A DNA stretch of 64,000 nucleotides from Candidatus Collierbacteria bacterium (lineage in GTDB: Bacteria; Patescibacteriota; Microgenomatia; UBA1400; JACPES01), in NCBI GenBank assembly GCA_016219325.1, contig JACRNH010000024.1:1789-65788 (forward strand), in the 5' to 3' direction. The notes under the pieces were generated by a model. The model did no database searches and had not been told where the DNA came from. It saw only the letters and a program-made list of their open reading frames with translations. Positions within the stretch are counted from its first letter, which is position 1; each line of letters starts with the position of its first letter. The position numbers and the translations under genes were made by a program. This document shows positions 40,283 to 50,235 of this stretch, one piece after another.

Positions 40283-42488
40283 GAAATTTTTCAGCCGCTT
40301 ACCTATTCTAACCATTTTAACCATTTCAATAATTTCTTTATTTTACTTCAAACCAATTTGGAAAGACCGTTTAATTCCGTTTCCGGGGAATTTGCTGATT
40401 TCTTATTTTAGCCCATGGAAAGAAGAAAGTTGGCCGGGATATCCGACCGGAGTTCCGCGCAAAGGCTTATTGGGATTTGATACGGTCCGGATGATGGGCC
40501 CATGGCGAAATTTTATTACCAAAGAACTCAAGTCGAGTCGTTTCCCATCCTGGAATCCGCATCAGTTTGGAGGCACGCCGATGTCAGCCAATTACCAGTC
40601 AGCTCTTTTTTTTCCTCCCAATTTAATTTATCTTATCCTGCCTTTTTACGTCGCTTGGACGATTTTAATCATCTCTCAACCAATCCTCGCTGCGACCGGA
40701 ATGTATTTGTTGCTTAAAGCATTATTTAATGTTTCTCTATCAACGCATCAACGCATTAACGCATTAACTATTACGTTTCTTTCTTTTATGTACGGTTTCT
40801 CCGCCTGGATGTCAGTTTGGATTGAGTGGAATATTCACGGTTTTGTCTATGCGTTACTTCCGTTCGGGCTGCTTTTTATCCATAAAAGAAAAACTATCTT
40901 AACCATCTTAACTATTTCATTTATTATCTTTGCCGGTCACCCCCAAATGGCCCTGATCGGAATTTCGGCTTTGGCAATATTCGTCATGATTGGGAAAAAG
41001 TTTAAATGGTTTATAACAGTTATGTCAGTTGTTTTGTTGATTACTTCAGTCCAATGGTTCCCGTCTTTGAAATACTACCAACAAGCTAGCCGCGAAAAAC
41101 AATCAAGCGAATTTGTGTACGAAAATACTCTTTTGCCATGGAAACAGTTGTCTCAATTGATCGTCCCTAATTTTTTCGGAAATCCGGCCACGGGTAATTT
41201 TTCCGGTAAACTGGATTTTTTGGAATCCACGGCATATTCAGGAATAGCGATATTAGGGCTTGCGATGATTGGATTGTTGGCAAAAAACAAAAAATCCCGC
41301 GGAGCGGGATCCCGCTCTGCGGGACAAGAAACAAGAAACTTTGCGATTATTCTCTTAGTGTTGATTTCGGTTTTGGTCCTCCCGAACCCAATTTCGCTCT
41401 TGATCGGTAAACTTAATATTCCGATTTTGTCGACTTCTGTTGCCAGCCGTTGGCTGATGCTTTTGCCTCTGGGGCTAACATTGCTTGCTGCTGTTGGTAT
41501 CACCGAATTTTTTTCAAATAAAGCCTGGCCTCGCGAAGCAAGGCCAGGCCTTTATACGCCATCAATACTTCTGATTTCAATTATCGGTCTCTGGATATAC
41601 GCTTTATTTTTTCCCCCGGAATTCCGTTCTGTTTCATTCAGAAATTTGATAATCCCCACCGTTATTGCCGGATTGTTTTTCTTAACATTTTTATTCAAGT
41701 TTGCCGATCGGCAGTCTGGGATGAAAGTTTTCTTATTAACTTTGTATATTTTATCTATCGGGGAGCTGATTTTATTCGGTTGGAAAACAATGCCCTATAC
41801 CGAAAAACGGTTTATTTATCCGGTAACGCCAGTTTTGGAAAAATTACAGGAGTTTTCCCGCGATGGCAGTCGTTTTGCCGCGACAGATGGCAGCGTGATT
41901 GACTCTAATTTTGCCACTTATTATGGGTTGTACGATTTATCGGGTTATGACGCCTTATACCCGAGGAAAATAGGCGAGTTGGTTTGGTCGGCCGCCAACA
42001 ATGGAAAGCCCGTCAAAGATTTTTCCAGATCAACAGTAGTAGTTCCCACAAAACAATCAGACGCCAGAAATAATCTGTGGAATTTAAGCGGTGTCCGCTG
42101 GATCATCAATAAGGATGATATGTTGGCTGAACATCCGGGTCAAAGATCCAGCGATTTGTCTTCTGATTTCGAACTTATCTGGGAAGAGGGGAAGTGGCAA
42201 ATTTATAAAAACACTAAAGTGTATTCTCGTGCATTTTTTACTACTGACATCTCCCAAATCCCCCCAATCTCCTTAATCACCCCGGCTGAAATAGTTTCCT
42301 CTCAATCAAATCTTGTAGAAATAACAGTCGATGCCCCAAGTGACGGATATCTGGTTTTAACGGATACTTTTTATCCGGGATGGAAAGCAACGGTTGACGG
42401 CAATGCTGTGGAAATTATACCGGCTTTTAGAGCTTTCAGGGCTGTTCAAGTTTTAAGGGGTAGCCATGCTGTAAGATTTAATTTATGA
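40281..42488 (+). CDS. YfhO-family membrane protein (GT-C-like)
   Basis: PSWNPHQFGGTP, GHPQ, PNFFGNP, GYD, DTFYPGWKATVDG; start 40281 (MKFFSRLP). Confidence 0.88.
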   Translation: MKFFSRLPILTILTISIISLFYFKPIWKDRLIPFPGNLLISYFSPWKEESWPGYPTGVPRKGLLGFDTVRMMGPWRNFITKELKSSRFPSWNPHQFGGTPMSANYQSALFFPPNLIYLILPFYVAWTILIISQPILAATGMYLLLKALFNVSLSTHQRINALTITFLSFMYGFSAWMSVWIEWNIHGFVYALLPFGLLFIHKRKTILTILTISFIIFAGHPQMALIGISALAIFVMIGKKFKWFITVMSVVLLITSVQWFPSLKYYQQASREKQSSEFVYENTLLPWKQLSQLIVPNFFGNPATGNFSGKLDFLESTAYSGIAILGLAMIGLLAKNKKSRGAGSRSAGQETRNFAIILLVLISVLVLPNPISLLIGKLNIPILSTSVASRWLMLLPLGLTLLAAVGITEFFSNKAWPREARPGLYTPSILLISIIGLWIYALFFPPEFRSVSFRNLIIPTVIAGLFFLTFLFKFADRQSGMKVFLLTLYILSIGELILFGWKTMPYTEKRFIYPVTPVLEKLQEFSRDGSRFAATDGSVIDSNFATYYGLYDLSGYDALYPRKIGELVWSAANNGKPVKDFSRSTVVVPTKQSDARNNLWNLSGVRWIINKDDMLAEHPGQRSSDLSSDFELIWEEGKWQIYKNTKVYSRAFFTTDISQIPPISLITPAEIVSSQSNLVEITVDAPSDGYLVLTDTFYPGWKATVDGNAVEIIPAFRAFRAVQVLRGSHAVRFNL
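41295..41324. repeat. Family B 30-bp element nested in a CAA(G/A)AAA 7-mer tract, in frame
   Basis: CAAAAAA CAAAAAA [TCCCGCGGAGCGGGATCCCGCTCTGCGGGA] CAAGAAA CAAGAAA. Confidence 0.9.
41520..41553. repeat. Family A palindrome (degenerate), in frame
   Basis: AAAGCCTGGCCTCGC-GAA-GCAAGGCCAGGCCTTT; peptide KAWPREARPGL. Confidence 0.85.
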
Positions 42489-43183
42489 AAATTTCAATTA
42501 TTATTCCGGTATTTAACGAAGAAAAAACAATCGCCAAAATCATCAGACAGATTAATAATGTAATCGGATTCCGGAAAGAAATTATAGTTGTTGATGATGC
42601 TTCGGTTGATGGAACATCTGGAGTTATAAAAGATATCCTTCGACTTCGCTCAGGACAAGTAAAGGATATAACTGTTATTAAACATAAAATTAATCAGGGC
42701 AAGGGCGCTGCGATTAGAACCGGAATTGCTAAAGCTACCGGCGATTATGTTTTGGTTCAGGATGCTGATTTGGAATACGATCCGCAGGATATTTTATCAA
42801 TGATCAAACCTATTAGCCAGGGGAAAGCGGAGGTCGTCTACGGTTCGCGGTTTACAGGACCGAGACGGAATATGTTTTTTTGGCATTGGATGGGAAATCA
42901 ATTATTGACACTTATAACCAATATTCTTTACAACACAACACTTTCAGATATGGAAACTTGTTATAAATTAATTCCCTTAAGATTAATTAAGTCTTTAAAT
43001 TTGAAAGCTCAAAGGTTTGAATTTGAACCTGAAGTAACCGCTAAAATTTTAAAAAGAAATATCAGAATTTGGGAAGTTCCGATTTCTTACGCCGGACGCG
43101 AATATCATGAGGGCAAAAAAATTACCTGGAAAGACGGGATACCGGCCCTGTGGACATTGATAAAGGAACGGATAACTCCGTAA
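42485..43183 (+). CDS. DPM1-like GT2 polyprenyl-phosphate glycosyltransferase
   Basis: IPVFNEE, QDADLEYDP, VYGSRF, DMETCYK, FEPEVT, EGKKITWKDG. Confidence 0.92.
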   Translation: MKISIIIPVFNEEKTIAKIIRQINNVIGFRKEIIVVDDASVDGTSGVIKDILRLRSGQVKDITVIKHKINQGKGAAIRTGIAKATGDYVLVQDADLEYDPQDILSMIKPISQGKAEVVYGSRFTGPRRNMFFWHWMGNQLLTLITNILYNTTLSDMETCYKLIPLRLIKSLNLKAQRFEFEPEVTAKILKRNIRIWEVPISYAGREYHEGKKITWKDGIPALWTLIKERITP

Positions 43184-43270
43184 TGAGTAAGAAGTAAGGA
43201 GTAATGAGTAATGAAAAGCACAAAAATAAATATCCAATCATTATTTTCTACTCATTATTTCTTACTCATT
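43182..43270. repeat. Inverted pair of 7-mer tandem tracts at gene junction
   Basis: AATGAGT AAGAAGT AAGGAGT AATGAGT AATGAAA ... AATCATT ATTTTCT ACTCATT ATTTCTT ACTCATT. Confidence 0.85.
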
Positions 43271-44623
43271 ATTTTTTCTTTTCCCCTCCTCTTCAACCTC
43301 TTCCGTCCCGGCTTCTATTCTTCCGACGACGGCCAATGGATGGCAATCAGATTAACCGCCTTCCATGAGTCTTTCCGTTCAGGTCAAATTCCGGTCAGAT
43401 GGATGTCCAGATTGAATCATGAGTACGGTTATCCGGTGACAAACTTTTTATACCCATTGCCATTTTACTTGGCGGAACCTTTTTACGTTTTATCCGGAGA
43501 TCCGGTATTGGCTATTAAAATCATTATGGGCTTGTCTGTGATCAGCATGGCTTTTGGATCATTTGTCTTATTTAAAAGATGGGGAACGATTGCCGGAGCC
43601 GCCGGAGCTTTAGCTTATGTTTATTCTCCGTATATCGCTTACAATCTTTATACCCGCGGTTCATTGGGAGAATTGGCGGCCTTAGGAATTGTGCCGTGGA
43701 TCTTTTGGGCGCTTTCCCATAACCGATTTCTTTTATCGTCTATTTTTATCGCTGGTTTGATTACTGCTCATAATGTAGTCGCCGCGGTCTTTTTGCCCCT
43801 TATAGTCTTTTATAATATTTATAACAATTATCCTGCGAAGCAGGACCCTGCTCTGCGGGGTAAAAATTATAAAATACAAGCGGTATCTTCATTAATTTTG
43901 GCCTTAGTTTTAAGTTCCTTCTTCTGGCTTCCTGCTCTCTATGAATACCGTTTTGTCAGAGCTTCTCAAATTTCAGTCTCAGATTTCGGCAACGAATATC
44001 TCTCTTTGCAAAAAGCATTTCAGCGGACTGGTCCGGTTTCAGTTTTAGCCAATTTTGGATTACCGTTATTTTTTCTAACGGAGAATTCCAAATGGTTTTG
44101 GGACTTATTTAAGCCTTTGCAGATAATCCAATTCCCGTGGCGGTTTTTAAGCCTATTCGCCTTTTCCTCTTCAACGGTCGTAGCATTATTGATTTATGTA
44201 TCAAGAAAAAATAGGTTTACGCAGTATAGCTTTATAACCTTTATAATCTTTATTTCTGCTTCCTCTTTTTTATCCCCCAAGTCTTTTATCGATCTCCCTC
44301 CAAGTTACTATCAAACCAACGATGATAGCACCACAGTCAGAAGCGAATACACTCCGGTTTGGGTAAAAAATTTACCCCTTAACCGTTCTGAATTTCCGGT
44401 TAAACATTTTTATCCGGGATTAAAGCTGTTTGTTAATGGGATTGAACAACCGGCAAATTTAAATTCAGATAACGGAGAATTAAAGCCTTTAGATTCAAGA
44501 GATAATAACAGGATTAAATTTATTTGGAGTGAAGCGCCCTTGAGAGTGATAGCGGATCTGATATCGGTTACAGGACTACTTACTGTCCTGTTTTTGTTTA
44601 AGCGACAACAGTATAAATATTAA
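43211..44623 (+). CDS. PTPS-related-domain membrane protein (GT-C-like)
   Basis: GQIPVRW...YGYP..NFLYPL, Y.PY, RGSLGE, HN, FFWLPA, IQFPWRF. Confidence 0.82.
   Translation: MKSTKINIQSLFSTHYFLLIIFSFPLLFNLFRPGFYSSDDGQWMAIRLTAFHESFRSGQIPVRWMSRLNHEYGYPVTNFLYPLPFYLAEPFYVLSGDPVLAIKIIMGLSVISMAFGSFVLFKRWGTIAGAAGALAYVYSPYIAYNLYTRGSLGELAALGIVPWIFWALSHNRFLLSSIFIAGLITAHNVVAAVFLPLIVFYNIYNNYPAKQDPALRGKNYKIQAVSSLILALVLSSFFWLPALYEYRFVRASQISVSDFGNEYLSLQKAFQRTGPVSVLANFGLPLFFLTENSKWFWDLFKPLQIIQFPWRFLSLFAFSSSTVVALLIYVSRKNRFTQYSFITFIIFISASSFLSPKSFIDLPPSYYQTNDDSTTVRSEYTPVWVKNLPLNRSEFPVKHFYPGLKLFVNGIEQPANLNSDNGELKPLDSRDNNRIKFIWSEAPLRVIADLISVTGLLTVLFLFKRQQYKY
43831..43860. repeat. Family B 30-bp element, in frame
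   Basis: TCCTGCGAAGCAGGA-CCCTGCTCTGCGGGG; peptide PAKQDPALRG; flanked by AT-rich 9-mer-like tract. Confidence 0.85.
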
Positions 44624-46264
44624 GGCAAAAATTGAGATAGCATCAGCAGCATTTCTTAGTAGCGTTTCCGACCAATGGATTTGTAGAATATGTTCTCCGG
44701 GAGGAATATTAACGCTTATCAGTCCGAATTTATTGTCAGGATTTTGTTTTACGGGAATGGATAAAGGATAAAAATTGTTGTCAACATAAATTTTCCAGCC
44801 GGGATAGTAGATAGTGTTAATTTTGACGCCGTATGTTTGTTTGGTTTTATTGTAAATCCTGAATTTATAATTTCGGTTTTCCAGGGACAATTCTTCAATT
44901 TTAATATTAGGGCAAGACATGTTATCTTTCGGCAATAGGACTTGGGCTTTTTTCTCATATTCAGGCGGTAAATTTTCACTCCAAATAGGAGTTACTTCAT
45001 TGGATGGATTGCCGACTCCAAACAGCAGTTGATAAAATCCGGTAATATCATTGTCGTAATATCTGTCAAAAACTGCCGGCCGGAAATGATTCCGGTTGCC
45101 GTATATGGCCAGGATTATTAATCCTGATCCCGCCAGCCATTTTAGCCAGCCAAGTTTAAGTTTAGGCAGAATTTCTATCGAGAAAGCGCCCGTCACCGCG
45201 GCCCCGAAAACAAGAATTGCGGTTAACCGGTTTGGGAATTGAATGGTTTTCATTAAGGGGATCCAGTTCCAAATCGGAATTGAGATTTTAAGCATCAGAA
45301 AAAAAGTAATAAATGAGATTATGGTCAGAATTTTTGCCGGAAAATAAAGTTTTTTATTGAATAAAACAAAAATTGCGGATAATAATAAGGCAATGATTTG
45401 AGCAAACCCGATCATGGGCGAGACTCCGTCTTTAGTTCCGTTCAAGGAAAACCCATATCCCCATGCCTGATATAAATATGATTTCAGCGGCGGGAAATTA
45501 TTAACTGCGTCATAGACCGGTTGTTGGCCCTGATGCGTCCATCTGGTTTCATACACTGCCGGCAACCAAAAATATGCCGAGATAGCCAGTCCTCCGATGA
45601 ACATTAAAATTATGTGTTTTAAGGAAGCCTGTTTTTTTGAAAGATATGTCCATAAAAATAAAATTGGAGTGAATAATAAAGAGGTGACATTATGAGCGAT
45701 AATCAGCGTTCCATAGGCTAATGATCCAAGCAGTAAATGCCGTTTTTGACCGGAAATTCCCGCTTTAGCGGCTGCCAAAAATGCGACCGGAAGAGCCAAA
45801 AAGACAAGAGATTCCGCCCACCTTCCTGTTACGAACATTGAAACGAACCTAAACGGAGCATATATATATAGTATGGATCCGGCAATAGCACTGAATTGGC
45901 CAACCCAAAGCCTCAAAAATAAGTACATAACAATTCCTGATCCAACGAAAGCCAATCCTAAAACCAGTTTCATGGAATCAACTAATGTAAAATCCATTAG
46001 GTGGAAAAATTCCCCGGAGTAATAAAGCAAGGGATAATAGAAATTAAAAATAGGGTATCCATAGCGGTGATTGGCGGTTTCGCTCCATCTGACCGGAAAT
46101 TGGCCGGACATTAATTCCTGATCAAACCAATGGAGTCGGATGACGTGCAGCCGGCCGTCGTGAGCTTCAAATAGCCCCGGTTTAATCAAAGTTTGTAAAG
46201 GCGGCAGGGAAATCAGTACAATAAGCAGAATGGCGAAGAGACTTATCTTATTTATACTTTTCAT
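44576..46264 (-). CDS. PTPS-related-domain membrane protein (GT-C-like)
   Basis: HDG, GQFPVRW, YGYPIFNFYYPL, YFWLPA, IQFP.R, YYPGW. Confidence 0.85.
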   Translation of the reverse strand: MKSINKISLFAILLIVLISLPPLQTLIKPGLFEAHDGRLHVIRLHWFDQELMSGQFPVRWSETANHRYGYPIFNFYYPLLYYSGEFFHLMDFTLVDSMKLVLGLAFVGSGIVMYLFLRLWVGQFSAIAGSILYIYAPFRFVSMFVTGRWAESLVFLALPVAFLAAAKAGISGQKRHLLLGSLAYGTLIIAHNVTSLLFTPILFLWTYLSKKQASLKHIILMFIGGLAISAYFWLPAVYETRWTHQGQQPVYDAVNNFPPLKSYLYQAWGYGFSLNGTKDGVSPMIGFAQIIALLLSAIFVLFNKKLYFPAKILTIISFITFFLMLKISIPIWNWIPLMKTIQFPNRLTAILVFGAAVTGAFSIEILPKLKLGWLKWLAGSGLIILAIYGNRNHFRPAVFDRYYDNDITGFYQLLFGVGNPSNEVTPIWSENLPPEYEKKAQVLLPKDNMSCPNIKIEELSLENRNYKFRIYNKTKQTYGVKINTIYYPGWKIYVDNNFYPLSIPVKQNPDNKFGLISVNIPPGEHILQIHWSETLLRNAADAISIFALIFILLSLKQKQDSK

Positions 46265-47792
46265 TCTTTTATTGAGTATACCAGCGGTTTGGCCGATAGT
46301 CGCCCCCGGATTTTTTCCGGTTCATGATGACGCGCAGGCCGCCAGGGTTCAGCAAATGTATGTGGCTTTACGGGGCGGGCAGTTTCCGGTCAGATGGGTG
46401 CCTGATTTGGGATACGGGTATGGATATCCGATTTTTAATTTCTATAATCCCCTGCCATATTATTTCGGAGCCGGTTTTATGTTTATTGGATTTAATGTTT
46501 TAACGGCTACGAAGTTAATGTATGTTTTTCCGGTTTTTTTATCCGGGATAACAATGTTTATTTTTTCAAGACTTGTATTGTCTAACGCTGCTTCCGCCTT
46601 GGCCGGGATTCTTTATGTCTATGCTCCATATCACGCGGTCCAAATTTATGTCAGGGGATCGGTAGCCGAGTATTGGGCTTACGCCATACTGCCTTTGGTT
46701 TTTTATGCTCTTTGGAAAAGAAAAATTATTATCGGTTCTTTGTCATTGGCGGCTTTGATTCTATCTCACAATTTAACCGCGTTTATGTCAATCCCTTTTG
46801 TAGTATTGTTATTCTTCATCTCTTTTCGTCATTGCGAGGAGCGTAGCGACGCGGCAATCTCAAAATCAAAGACGGAATTGCCATATTCTCTTTTGATATT
46901 TGTAGTGACTATTGCGTTAGGGATTGGTCTTAGTGTTTTTTTCTGGCTGCCGGCAACCATAGAAATTGGTAAAACTCAAGTATCGCAAATGGTATTTGAA
47001 AAATTTGACCCGCCTTCAAAACATGTGGCTTATCCGCTGCAGCTCTGGTCTGGCGTTTGGGGCTATGGCGGATCTTCGCCGGGCATTGACGATGGATTAT
47101 CTTTTCAAGTTGGGAAAATCCACTTAATTGGTAGTTTGACCGCATTTTTAATATATCTAGGATATATTCTTAAAAAGATAACCAATCATTCCAGTCTTTT
47201 TAGCCTTTCTAACCTTTTTAACCATTTTAACCATTTAATCTTCTTTTCCATCGTCGGCCTCGTCTTTTCTATTTTCATGCTACTGCCGCCGTCCCGACCA
47301 ATTTGGGATGCGTTTCCGGTTCTTTCTTATATCCAATTTCCGTGGCGTTTCCTGACATTCGCCTCTCTATTTAGTTCTTTATTAACAGCTTGGGCTATAG
47401 ATGCGTTCGCAATTCGCAATTCGCGACCCGTAATCCGTTATTCACTACTTACTGCTTACTGCTTACTGCTTACTGCTTACTCCCTCCCTTTTTTCCAGCC
47501 CAAATTTAAATTTCCCATTACGGTTGATCAGCTAATCTCCCGCGAAAAATTAATCTGGGATTATTCTAAAATTTCCGACGAGTATTTGCCGAAAGGCTTT
47601 GCTCCGCCTGTAAACGCCGAAGTCGCTTTAAGAATTGACAATCAGCAAAATAAATTGTTGGTTGACGAGCTAAAAGCGCTAACGCCTGTTAGGCAAACGG
47701 CAAATTTAATAAGTTTATTTTCAGTTTTAACTTTTATAACCTTTATAATTGTCATTTCAATAAAAAAACATGGACAAAATATTTCAGGTTAA
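46230..47792 (+). CDS. PTPS-related-domain membrane protein (GT-C-like)
   Basis: HDD, GQFPVRW, YGYPIFNFYNPL, RGSVAE, FFWLPA, IQFPWRF, EYLP. Confidence 0.85.
   Translation: MAKRLILFILFILLLSIPAVWPIVAPGFFPVHDDAQAARVQQMYVALRGGQFPVRWVPDLGYGYGYPIFNFYNPLPYYFGAGFMFIGFNVLTATKLMYVFPVFLSGITMFIFSRLVLSNAASALAGILYVYAPYHAVQIYVRGSVAEYWAYAILPLVFYALWKRKIIIGSLSLAALILSHNLTAFMSIPFVVLLFFISFRHCEERSDAAISKSKTELPYSLLIFVVTIALGIGLSVFFWLPATIEIGKTQVSQMVFEKFDPPSKHVAYPLQLWSGVWGYGGSSPGIDDGLSFQVGKIHLIGSLTAFLIYLGYILKKITNHSSLFSLSNLFNHFNHLIFFSIVGLVFSIFMLLPPSRPIWDAFPVLSYIQFPWRFLTFASLFSSLLTAWAIDAFAIRNSRPVIRYSLLTAYCLLLTAYSLPFFQPKFKFPITVDQLISREKLIWDYSKISDEYLPKGFAPPVNAEVALRIDNQQNKLLVDELKALTPVRQTANLISLFSVLTFITFIIVISIKKHGQNISG
46827..46860 (+). 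repeat. Family D variant, in frame
   Basis: CGTCATTGCGAGGAGCGTAGCGACGCGGCAATCT; peptide RHCEERSDAAIS between TM helices. Confidence 0.88.
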
Positions 47793-49239
47793 GCAAAAAA
47801 CAGTTAAAGGGTTGATAGCTTTGACCGTCAGGACGGGCTTATTGCAAGTGATAGCAGTTGTTGCCACTTTTGTTTTGACGGTATTTCTGGATCCGGCCCA
47901 GTTCGGAGTTTTCGCGATAGTTGCCGCCGCTGTGGATATTTTGGTGTATTTTTCTGATATTGGATTAGCCGGAGCTTTGATCCAAAAACAGGAGGTAAAT
48001 GATGAAGACCTAGCGACAACATTTACGATTCAGCAAACATTAAGTTTAGTTTTGTTAGGGATTGGGTTTATAGCCGGCAGTTTGGTTGCCAATATTTATT
48101 CTCTGTCTGCCGCCGGCATTTGGTTATTTAGGGCATTATTGATTTCGGTTTTTTTATCAGGTTTAAAAACTATCCCCAGCGTTTTATTGGAAAGAAAACT
48201 GGACTTTGTCAAAGTAGCCACAGTCCAAATAATCGAAACCGTAATTTTTTACGGGTTAGCGGTGATTTTGGCCTGGAGAGGTTTTGGGATTAGCAGTTTT
48301 ACCGCTGCGGTATTAGTAAGGAGTTTAATCGGGCTGATAATGATTTATCTTTTGGCGCCATGGAAGCCTAAAATAGGGTTCAACAAAGTATCTTTCAAAA
48401 AATTAGCATCTTTCGGAATGCCGTTTCAGCTCAATAGTCTTTTAGGATTAGTTAAAGACAGAATGCTCGTCGCTTATTATGGGGCAATCCTATCTCCTTC
48501 TAATGTAGGATATTTGCAGTGGGCGGAAAGGTGGTCATTGTTTCCGTTAAGGATGGTGGTAGACAATGTGTCTAAAGTCACGTTTCCGGCCTATTCCAGA
48601 CTGCAGGAGGAACGTGATCATTTAGCTAAAGCGATTGAAAAGTCTATTTTCTTTACCGCGCTGTTTATCTTTCCGATTTTAATCGGATTATTGGTTTTTG
48701 CCCCGGTCGCTTTAATGGTGATTCCAAGATATCAAAAATGGCAGCCGGCGCTTTTAGCGCTGGGCCTATTTTCAATTAATGCCATGTGGTCTTCGGTTTC
48801 AACCACAATAACAAACGCCTTCGCGGCTATGGGAAAGATTAAAATTAATCTTAAATTGATGTTAATGTGGACGGCGTTGACATGGATTTTGACTCCGTTG
48901 CTGATGTCAAAATACGGTTACAACGGTGTTGCTTTGGCTTCGGCCATAGTTGCTTCGTCTTCAATAATCCCTATGATAATCCTTCAGAAAATGTTGCCGG
49001 TAAAATTGCTATCTAACATCTGGCCGCAGTTAGTCAGCGCCCTAACAATGGGGTTAGTAATCCGTTACGTTAATCTAAATTTACCATTTACTATTTACTA
49101 TTTACTATTTACCGTTCTCCTCGGTGCTATACTTTATGGAGCTTTTCTGATGATGTTAATTCCTAAAAAGGTGGTTGCGGAAATAAGGTCTGTCAAAAAG
49201 ATGTTGCGTCATTCCGGACTTGATCCGGAATCTATATAG
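47770..49239 (+). CDS. Wzx-type oligosaccharide flippase
   Basis: L.PAQFG, DIGL..ALIQ, LLERKLDF, VTFPAYSRLQ; ~12 TM. Confidence 0.9.
   Translation: MDKIFQVKQKTVKGLIALTVRTGLLQVIAVVATFVLTVFLDPAQFGVFAIVAAAVDILVYFSDIGLAGALIQKQEVNDEDLATTFTIQQTLSLVLLGIGFIAGSLVANIYSLSAAGIWLFRALLISVFLSGLKTIPSVLLERKLDFVKVATVQIIETVIFYGLAVILAWRGFGISSFTAAVLVRSLIGLIMIYLLAPWKPKIGFNKVSFKKLASFGMPFQLNSLLGLVKDRMLVAYYGAILSPSNVGYLQWAERWSLFPLRMVVDNVSKVTFPAYSRLQEERDHLAKAIEKSIFFTALFIFPILIGLLVFAPVALMVIPRYQKWQPALLALGLFSINAMWSSVSTTITNAFAAMGKIKINLKLMLMWTALTWILTPLLMSKYGYNGVALASAIVASSSIIPMIILQKMLPVKLLSNIWPQLVSALTMGLVIRYVNLNLPFTIYYLLFTVLLGAILYGAFLMMLIPKKVVAEIRSVKKMLRHSGLDPESI
49207..49239 (+). repeat. Family D repeat forming the flippase C-terminus
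   Basis: CGTCATTCCGGACTTGATCCGGAATCTATATAG = RHSGLDPESI-stop. Confidence 0.88.
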
Positions 49240-49250
49240 ATAATTTTTCT

Positions 49251-50198
49251 ATGAAACAAGCACTTTCTGTAGTTTTTTCTGTCCACAACGAAGAAAAGCT
49301 GATCGAGGAAGCCCTGAAATCAGTCAGCCGGATAGCGGATGAAATTATTGTTGTAGATAATGAATCAACTGATAAAACAATTCAAATAGCTAAAAAGTAC
49401 ACAAAAAATATCTATGTACACAAAAATACCCCAAATTCTTTGAATACTCCTAAAAATTACGGTTTTTCCAAAGCGAAAGGTGATTGGATTTTGTCTTTGG
49501 ACGCCGACGAGCGCGTTTCCCCCGATCTTGCAGAGGAAATTATGGGAAGTTTGCGAAACTTCCCACAATCAACTGGCGTTTCGCAAACTTCTGTTAACGG
49601 GTATTGGATGCCGAGAAAAAATATTGTTTTTGGTAAGTGGATACAGCACGGGATTTGGTATCCGGATAAACAGTTGAGATTATTCCGTCGCGGGAAAGGT
49701 AAATTTCCGGAGAAACATAATCATGAATATTTAGAAGTAACTGATGGATTGGGTGAATTAAAAAATCATTTGATCCATCAAAACTATCAAACAATAGTCC
49801 AGTTTGTGGATAAAATGAATCATGCGTATACGGATAATGAGGCAGAGGTTTTGCTGGCTTCCGGTAAAAAATTAGAATGGCTTGACGCTATCAGAATGCC
49901 TGTTTCTGATTTCATTCTTAACTTTTTCCGCCGCCAGTCGTATAAAGATGGGCTTCACGGTTTGATCTTATCTTCACTTCAGGCTTTTTATGCTCTTCTG
50001 GTATTTGCAAAAGCATGGGAGCGGCAGGGGTTTTGGGAATACGACTCAAAAGATTTTGCCCGTGATGTCAAGATTGAGTTAAAAAATAAGGGGCAAGAAT
50101 TTTCCTGGTGGTACACTAAAGAAATTATTCCTTGGTTTTTAAAACCAAAACAAATTGCGAAGAAACTAATTAATCAAATAAGGCCTGGCCTTGCCTAG
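49251..50198 (+). CDS. GT2 glycosyltransferase (WaaE/LgtF-like)
   Basis: HNEE, VVDNESTD, LDADER, YPD.QLRLF, H..HE, Y.DGLHG. Confidence 0.9.
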   Translation: MKQALSVVFSVHNEEKLIEEALKSVSRIADEIIVVDNESTDKTIQIAKKYTKNIYVHKNTPNSLNTPKNYGFSKAKGDWILSLDADERVSPDLAEEIMGSLRNFPQSTGVSQTSVNGYWMPRKNIVFGKWIQHGIWYPDKQLRLFRRGKGKFPEKHNHEYLEVTDGLGELKNHLIHQNYQTIVQFVDKMNHAYTDNEAEVLLASGKKLEWLDAIRMPVSDFILNFFRRQSYKDGLHGLILSSLQAFYALLVFAKAWERQGFWEYDSKDFARDVKIELKNKGQEFSWWYTKEIIPWFLKPKQIAKKLINQIRPGLA

Positions 50199-50212
50199 CA
50201 AGGCCAGGCCTT
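50180..50212. repeat. Family A palindrome supplying the GT2 stop codon
   Basis: AAGGCCTGGCCTTGC-CTA-GCAAGGCCAGGCCTT; TAG 50196-50198. Confidence 0.9.
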
Positions 50213-50235
50213 TATAAACACATTTAAACACATTT

